From an uncultured Candidatus Saccharibacteria bacterium (GTDB taxonomy: Bacteria; Patescibacteriota; Minisyncoccia; 2-02-FULL-40-12; IGHO2-01-FULL-4-A), in contig CAYILQ010000002.1 of NCBI GenBank assembly GCA_964364345.1, positions 1 to 36,209 on the forward strand: a stretch of 36,209 nt of DNA, given 5' to 3'. The notes under the pieces are model-generated. The model searched no databases and was not told the DNA's origin. It saw nothing but the letters and a program-made list of their open reading frames with translations. Positions within the stretch are counted from its first letter, which is position 1; every line of letters starts with the position of its first letter. Position numbers and translations under genes: made by a program. This document shows, piece after piece, positions 32,242 to 36,209 of the stretch.

Positions 32242-33180
32242 ATGAGGGCCTTCAAAGACAACGCTGCCAATTCCCACTGGCCAAACCTGACCAACCTCTA
32301 CACCCACAAAGACTCAAATATCCGCAAGACCTGGTTGCTGATAACCATGTCTTTAATCTTGGTCATCGCCTTGGGCTGGCTTTTTAGTCTTTATCTAGGC
32401 GAGCCGAGAGTGCTTTATGGCTTTGTGGTCTTGAGCATCTTTATAAATCTGGTCGCCTACTGGCAGTCGGACAAGATTGCCCTAGCCATCTCGGGGGCCA
32501 AGCCGATTAAGCGCGAACAGAACCCCTATCTTTACCGAATTATTGAGAACCTGGCCATCACCGCGGGACTCCCTTTGCCGCGGATATATTTAATTGAATC
32601 AGGCCAAATCAACGCCTTTGCCACCGGCCGCGATCCCAAACACGCCGCCGTGGCCGTGACCAGCGGCGCTCTGGCCAAGCTTCAGAATGAAGAACTTGAA
32701 GGAGTTTTAGCCCACGAGCTGTCTCACATCGGCAACCGCGACATTTTGGTTTCAACAATTGTGGTCGTTCTGGCCGGCCTGATCTCGATCATGGCCGATT
32801 GGTTCTTGCGGATGACTTTTTGGGGCGGCAGCCGGGATGACAACCGCGGCAACGCCATTGTGACAGTCTTAGCGCTGATCGCCGCAATCCTTGCTCCACT
32901 GGCGGCGATGCTGATTCAACTTGCCGTTTCGCGCAAACGGGAATTCCTGGCTGACGCCTCGGGGGCTCTTTTGACCCGCTACCCCGACGGCCTGGCCAAC
33001 GCCCTGGAAAAAATTGCCCGTGATCAATCGCCCATGCCCCACGCCCACACCGCCACGGCCCATCTCTTCTTAGCCAACCCTTTCAAAGGCAAGGCCAGTC
33101 ACAGTTGGTTCACAAAACTATTTATGACTCACCCCCCAATTGATGAGCGGATTAAAATTTTGCGGGGGATGAAAATTTAA
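32242..33180 (+). CDS. htpX: Zinc metalloprotease HtpX (peptidase M48)
   Basis: HELSHIGNRD zinc motif, four TM helices, and C-terminal F.THPP..ERI..L. Confidence 0.9.
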   Translation: MRAFKDNAANSHWPNLTNLYTHKDSNIRKTWLLITMSLILVIALGWLFSLYLGEPRVLYGFVVLSIFINLVAYWQSDKIALAISGAKPIKREQNPYLYRIIENLAITAGLPLPRIYLIESGQINAFATGRDPKHAAVAVTSGALAKLQNEELEGVLAHELSHIGNRDILVSTIVVVLAGLISIMADWFLRMTFWGGSRDDNRGNAIVTVLALIAAILAPLAAMLIQLAVSRKREFLADASGALLTRYPDGLANALEKIARDQSPMPHAHTATAHLFLANPFKGKASHSWFTKLFMTHPPIDERIKILRGMKI

Positions 33181-33201
33181 CTTGGTTGTCATCTAGAGGC
33201 A

Positions 33202-33229
33202 GGAAGTGTTTTCTGGAGAAAACACTTCC
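33202..33229 (+). terminator. Perfect 12-bp hairpin downstream of htpX
   Basis: GGAAGTGTTTTC-TGGA-GAAAACACTTCC followed by GTTGATT (weak U-tract). Nested within a 9-bp pair, TAGAGGCAG (33194) / CTGCCTCTA (33302). Confidence 0.5.
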
Positions 33230-33316
33230 GTTGATTATCACCCAGCCATCCAAAGTGACGATAGTTTGAATTATCAGACATCAGCGCAAAACAAGCTCTG
33301 ACTGCCTCTAACGGGA

Positions 33317-33345
33317 TTGAAATAATCAGCCGAAAAAGCTATCAT
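33317..33345 (+). promoter_or_regulatory. Candidate tRNA-Ser promoter, TTGAAA-17-TATCAT
   Basis: -35 at 33317-33322 and -10 at 33340-33345, 16 nt upstream of the mature tRNA 5' end. Confidence 0.45.
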
Positions 33346-33361
33346 AATTTCAGTTCGCATT

Positions 33362-33448
33362 GGAAGGGTGGCCGAGTGGTTTAAGGCGCACGCTTGGAGA
33401 GCGTGTGGGAGTAATCCCTCGTGGGTTCAAATCCCACCCCTTCCGCCA
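33362..33448 (+). tRNA. tRNA-Ser (anticodon GGA), CCA encoded
   Basis: Hand-folded: acceptor GGAAGGG/CCCTTCC, anticodon stem CACGC/GCGTG with loop TTGGAGA, long variable arm (GGGA..TCCC), T arm GTGGG-TTCAAAT-CCCAC, then G-CCA. Confidence 0.9.
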
Positions 33449-33523
33449 AGTTTGACTTTTTAATGGCCCAATGATATCTTTGGGCAGTTTTTGTTCTTAG
33501 AAAATTAGTCATGGGAGGTCCTG

Positions 33524-34315
33524 ATGCAGAAAGTTTTGGCGAGGATTTTGATTTTTTCCATTCTTTGGCCTTCGTATGTGGTGGGCCAACAAAAAACTGC
33601 CGATCCTCATCGTGTTTTTAGGTTTACTGACCTGCCATCGCCGGATTATTACTGGCGTGAGTTCAAACTCCAAATCGTTAGACCGGTTAAGGATATCACC
33701 AGTATTGATTCGGATCTGGTAATCCGTAATAACCCTCAAAGTGATAGGGGATTCCTATCTCGCTGGTTGCAACAGGGCCAAGATTTTGGGATTGTTGAAG
33801 AACCAACGCCAGTTACAATGATTGGCGGTTCTGGTGAACCAGTAAAAGTTATTCTTAACTCGGGTGAAATCGTTGTTCTCGATGTTCGGAACGATAACAA
33901 GCCGGAAAAGGAAATCCTGGTTGTGATCAGATGTGCCAATAAGGTAATTGATGGCGCTATCAAAATTGAAGCTCCCGAGACGCGGATGGTGCCCGGGCCT
34001 CAAGGTCCAGCCGGTCTCCGGGGTGAGAAAGGCGAGCCGGGCTCACCGGGCCCTGCCGGTCCTCAAGGGCCGCCAGGCCCAGCAGGTTCAGCCCCGACTG
34101 TTTCTCAAGACAATCGGATTCTCATAATCTTTCCGCGTCCGCCGCCGTATCATGAGGAGAGAAAACCCGGCTGGTGGAGCCGGAACGGTTGGTGGGTGAT
34201 AACTCTGGGAGGTCTTATCAGCGCGGGTGCGGCCATAGGGCTGGTCAAGGATCGAAAGCCGGCGCCGCCGACACAGCCCAGCAAAACATGGACTCCGCCA
34301 AATCCGCCCCAGTGA
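33524..34315 (+). CDS. Collagen-like-repeat protein with signal peptide and C-terminal TM anchor
   Basis: The GGGAGG SD lies 5 nt upstream. The protein has an N-terminal signal-like helix, ten consecutive G-X-Y triplets (GPQGPAGLRGEKGEPGSPGPAGPQGPPGPAG, 33995-34087), a TM helix (WWVITLGGLISAGAAIGLV) and a Pro-rich tail. Confidence 0.8.
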   Translation: MQKVLARILIFSILWPSYVVGQQKTADPHRVFRFTDLPSPDYYWREFKLQIVRPVKDITSIDSDLVIRNNPQSDRGFLSRWLQQGQDFGIVEEPTPVTMIGGSGEPVKVILNSGEIVVLDVRNDNKPEKEILVVIRCANKVIDGAIKIEAPETRMVPGPQGPAGLRGEKGEPGSPGPAGPQGPPGPAGSAPTVSQDNRILIIFPRPPPYHEERKPGWWSRNGWWVITLGGLISAGAAIGLVKDRKPAPPTQPSKTWTPPNPPQ

Positions 34316-34429
34316 TTTTTCCGCGGTTAGAGTTAGACTTACGGGTGTTGAGTTGCGGAAACTCGGCACCCGTTTTATTATAAACCCTCGCTATTATGGG
34401 TTCTCGATTATGAGTTCTCGGAAAAACGT

Positions 34430-34503
34430 CACTATCATTTTACCACGATCGTGAGAATCTGATAGTACTATTATTTTACCACGATCGTGGTAAAATGATA
34501 GCG
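34430..34503. repeat. 38-bp palindrome family, copies 3 and 4 in tandem (intergenic)
   Basis: 34430-34467 matches the consensus at 33/38 and 34466-34503 at 35/38. Preceded by the 14-nt tandem ATTATG(G/A)GTTCTCG x2 (34394-34421). Confidence 0.85.
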
Positions 34504-34576
34504 CGGGATTCGTAACCCCTCACACCCTCAAGTACTCGTTAAAGAAATTTGATTGATATCTCTGCCGAGATTCAGT

Positions 34577-34605
34577 TTGACAAAACACGGATATGGATAT
34601 ATAAT
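34577..34605 (+). promoter_or_regulatory. Consensus sigma70 promoter, TTGACA-17-TATAAT
   Basis: -35 at 34577-34582 and -10 at 34600-34605. ATG 34614 lies 8 nt after the -10, so the mRNA is predicted to be leaderless. Confidence 0.7.
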
Positions 34606-34613
34606 ATTCAAAC

Positions 34614-36209
34614 ATGAAAAACCTTGTTTCTCGGGTCATTTCCAAGCTTAATTTGAAGATTGGAGTGAAATCTGTTATCGCCGGGGCGGCAGTGCTGGCG
34701 GTTTTGCCTTTTTTGGTTAATTTCGGCGACATGACTGCCGGCGCTGTTGAGTGTTCCGGAGCGCCGACGACGGCAACGGTTAACCCCTTCCCAATCACCT
34801 TCACCGGCGAGCCCTGCAAGGATTATCCGCCCATTGACGCCCGAGTGATCAATGAGGGCAGCTATTCCCAGGACATGAATGACTGGCTGGACGGCGTCAG
34901 CGCCGGAGCCGGCGACGAACTCTATGTCAGAATCTATGTTCACAACGGCGCCGCCGAAAATCTCGACCCGGCTCAAACCACGGCCCGCAATGTCCAAGCT
35001 TACACAACAGTTGATTCCGCCTATCAAGCCGAACATTCAATTGCGACGACCTTTTGGGGTTCAAACACCAATACCGTCAACGGCAGCATTGCCATTCACA
35101 CCGGACCCAATGACAAGTTGGTACCAATTGCCGCAAGCGGCGAGCTTTACGATTGGAACGGCAATTTAATCAGAAGCGGTCTTAACATCGCCGATACAAA
35201 TTATTACCTCGGCGATATGCTGGCCTGTTTTCAATACAGCGTTTTTCTCCGTTTCAAAGTCCAGGTAGTGAGTCAGCCAACGCCGACACCAACTCCTACA
35301 CCTACTCCCACTCCGACCCCGACGCCTACTCAAACACCTGCCCCAACGCCAACGCCACTTTGCAGTCTAACTTGGTCTTATCCGACATATTCGAATGGCG
35401 CCGGAGCGCGGCGTGTAGGGGAGTACTCAAATGTCTGGATTGACCTTTGGAATTTCACCCCTTCGAGCTCGGTGGTGATGCGCAACACTAATCTCGATGA
35501 CAGCCGCGCCCGCTCGGTCACTTTGGCCGTTGACCAATCCGGCGGTTTTCACAAATACGATTCAACTCTTATTGAAGCGTCTCAATACACCGCTGGCAGC
35601 TACAAGACCGAAATTTATGATAACTACGGGCGGTATTTAACTTATTGTTATCCAAGTTTTGTTATTTTGGCCCCAACACCGACGCCCACTCCTCCAACTC
35701 CTACGCCAACGCCCACACCTACGCCTACACCTATCCCAATAGTCAACGATACTCTTTGTCTTGGCATCAATTCACCGTCAACCGTAGTCACGGGTCAGAG
35801 CTTTAACGCCTCGGTGACTATGTACAATAGCGGCACTAAAGTCTGGACGAGAGACTCCACTCCTCATCGCCTTGGTTCCCAAAGTCCCCAAGACAATACT
35901 CGATGGGTAGTTAGCCGAGTAGAGTTGCCTTATTCGCCGGTCAACCCAGGTCAGACAGCCGTTTTTAGTTTTGCCGCTACTGCTCCGGCAACTGCCGGCA
36001 CTTATGCTTTTGATTGGAAGATGCTTGAAGAGTCCATTGAATGGTTTGGCCAAACCTGCCAGAAGACAATTACCGTCATTTCGCCAACTCCGACTCCTAC
36101 CCCGACCCCTACACCAACCCCAACTCCGACACCGACTCCTACGCCCACCCCCACTCCCACGCCTAGCCCAACTCCAAGCCCAACGCCGCTTACTCAACTT
36201 TTCTGCAGC
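34614..36209 (+). CDS. Secreted multidomain surface protein with Pro-Thr linkers (partial, runs off the window end)
   Basis: My own translation from ATG 34614 is open for 532 codons to the window end; it is absent from the ORF track because it has no stop. It has an N-terminal signal/TM helix and three globular modules separated by (PT)n linkers. The last module (GQSFNASVTMYNSGTKVW...GTYAFDWKMLEE..WFG) resembles NBR1-type Ig-like (FW) domains. Confidence 0.8.
   Translation, partial: MKNLVSRVISKLNLKIGVKSVIAGAAVLAVLPFLVNFGDMTAGAVECSGAPTTATVNPFPITFTGEPCKDYPPIDARVINEGSYSQDMNDWLDGVSAGAGDELYVRIYVHNGAAENLDPAQTTARNVQAYTTVDSAYQAEHSIATTFWGSNTNTVNGSIAIHTGPNDKLVPIAASGELYDWNGNLIRSGLNIADTNYYLGDMLACFQYSVFLRFKVQVVSQPTPTPTPTPTPTPTPTPTQTPAPTPTPLCSLTWSYPTYSNGAGARRVGEYSNVWIDLWNFTPSSSVVMRNTNLDDSRARSVTLAVDQSGGFHKYDSTLIEASQYTAGSYKTEIYDNYGRYLTYCYPSFVILAPTPTPTPPTPTPTPTPTPTPIPIVNDTLCLGINSPSTVVTGQSFNASVTMYNSGTKVWTRDSTPHRLGSQSPQDNTRWVVSRVELPYSPVNPGQTAVFSFAATAPATAGTYAFDWKMLEESIEWFGQTCQKTITVISPTPTPTPTPTPTPTPTPTPTPTPTPTPSPTPSPTPLTQLFCS
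35277..35357 (+). repeat. Pro-Thr linker-coding tandem repeat 1
   Basis: Encodes PTPTPTPTPTPTPTPTPTQTPAPTPTP. Confidence 0.9.
35670..35738 (+). repeat. Pro-Thr linker-coding tandem repeat 2
   Basis: Encodes APTPTPTPPTPTPTPTPTPTPIP. Confidence 0.9.
36081..36188 (+). repeat. Pro-Thr linker-coding tandem repeat 3
   Basis: Encodes SPTPTPTPTPTPTPTPTPTPTPTPTPSPTPSPTP. Confidence 0.9.

Noticed and set aside
34430-34503. CRISPR array
   Set aside because: There are only two abutting palindromic copies with no spacers. The other copies are dispersed singly inside genes, and no cas genes are in the window. The PT-coding tandem repeats at 35277-36188 are coding linkers, not CRISPR repeats.

Overview
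Gene-dense bacterial chromosome segment of 36.2 kb, roughly 85-90% coding. Short intergenic spacers, frequent GTG/TTG starts, weak Shine-Dalgarno signals and trimmed housekeeping proteins suggest a reduced-genome Patescibacteria/CPR-like organism; this is inference from gene content only.

Genes in order:
- M50 site-2 protease
- rpsL-rpsG-fusA
- an RRM/glycine-rich RNA-binding protein
- a redox trio: glutaredoxin-like protein, Fe/Mn SOD and TrxB
- a GT39 protein mannosyltransferase
- a sugar-phosphate block: rpiB, 2-hydroxyacid dehydrogenase, rpe, PfkB kinase, an unknown 419-aa protein, class II FBA, phosphohexomutase and, further on, PGI/PMI
- ychF, trpS and RNase J
- a HEPN/MNT pair and a RelE/ParE-like toxin-antitoxin pair
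- tRNA-Leu(CAG) and tRNA-Ser(GGA)
- an OppA-like substrate-binding protein, secG, a holin-family membrane protein and a short uvrC
- groES-groEL behind a sigma70-like promoter and a CIRCE-like operator
- lemA-htpX
- a collagen-like membrane protein
- a large PT-linker surface protein that runs off the 3' end of the window

The most unusual signal is a dense population of palindromic repeat elements, several of which sit in frame inside conserved housekeeping genes:
- A GC-rich imperfect palindrome family is translated within fusA and, on the opposite coding strand, within pgi.
- A 38-bp palindrome family has four copies. One lies inside the phosphohexomutase gene. One lies inside a nucleotidyltransferase-domain gene, where it is split by a second nested palindrome flanked by a 4-bp duplication. 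Two lie in tandem in an intergenic spacer.
- Several 100-180-bp long hairpins with perfect termini fill intergenic spacers.

This resembles the Rickettsia palindromic element phenomenon. One 715-bp IS200/RAYT-like Y1-transposase unit bounded by hairpins is also present.

No CRISPR array, rRNA or prophage was seen.
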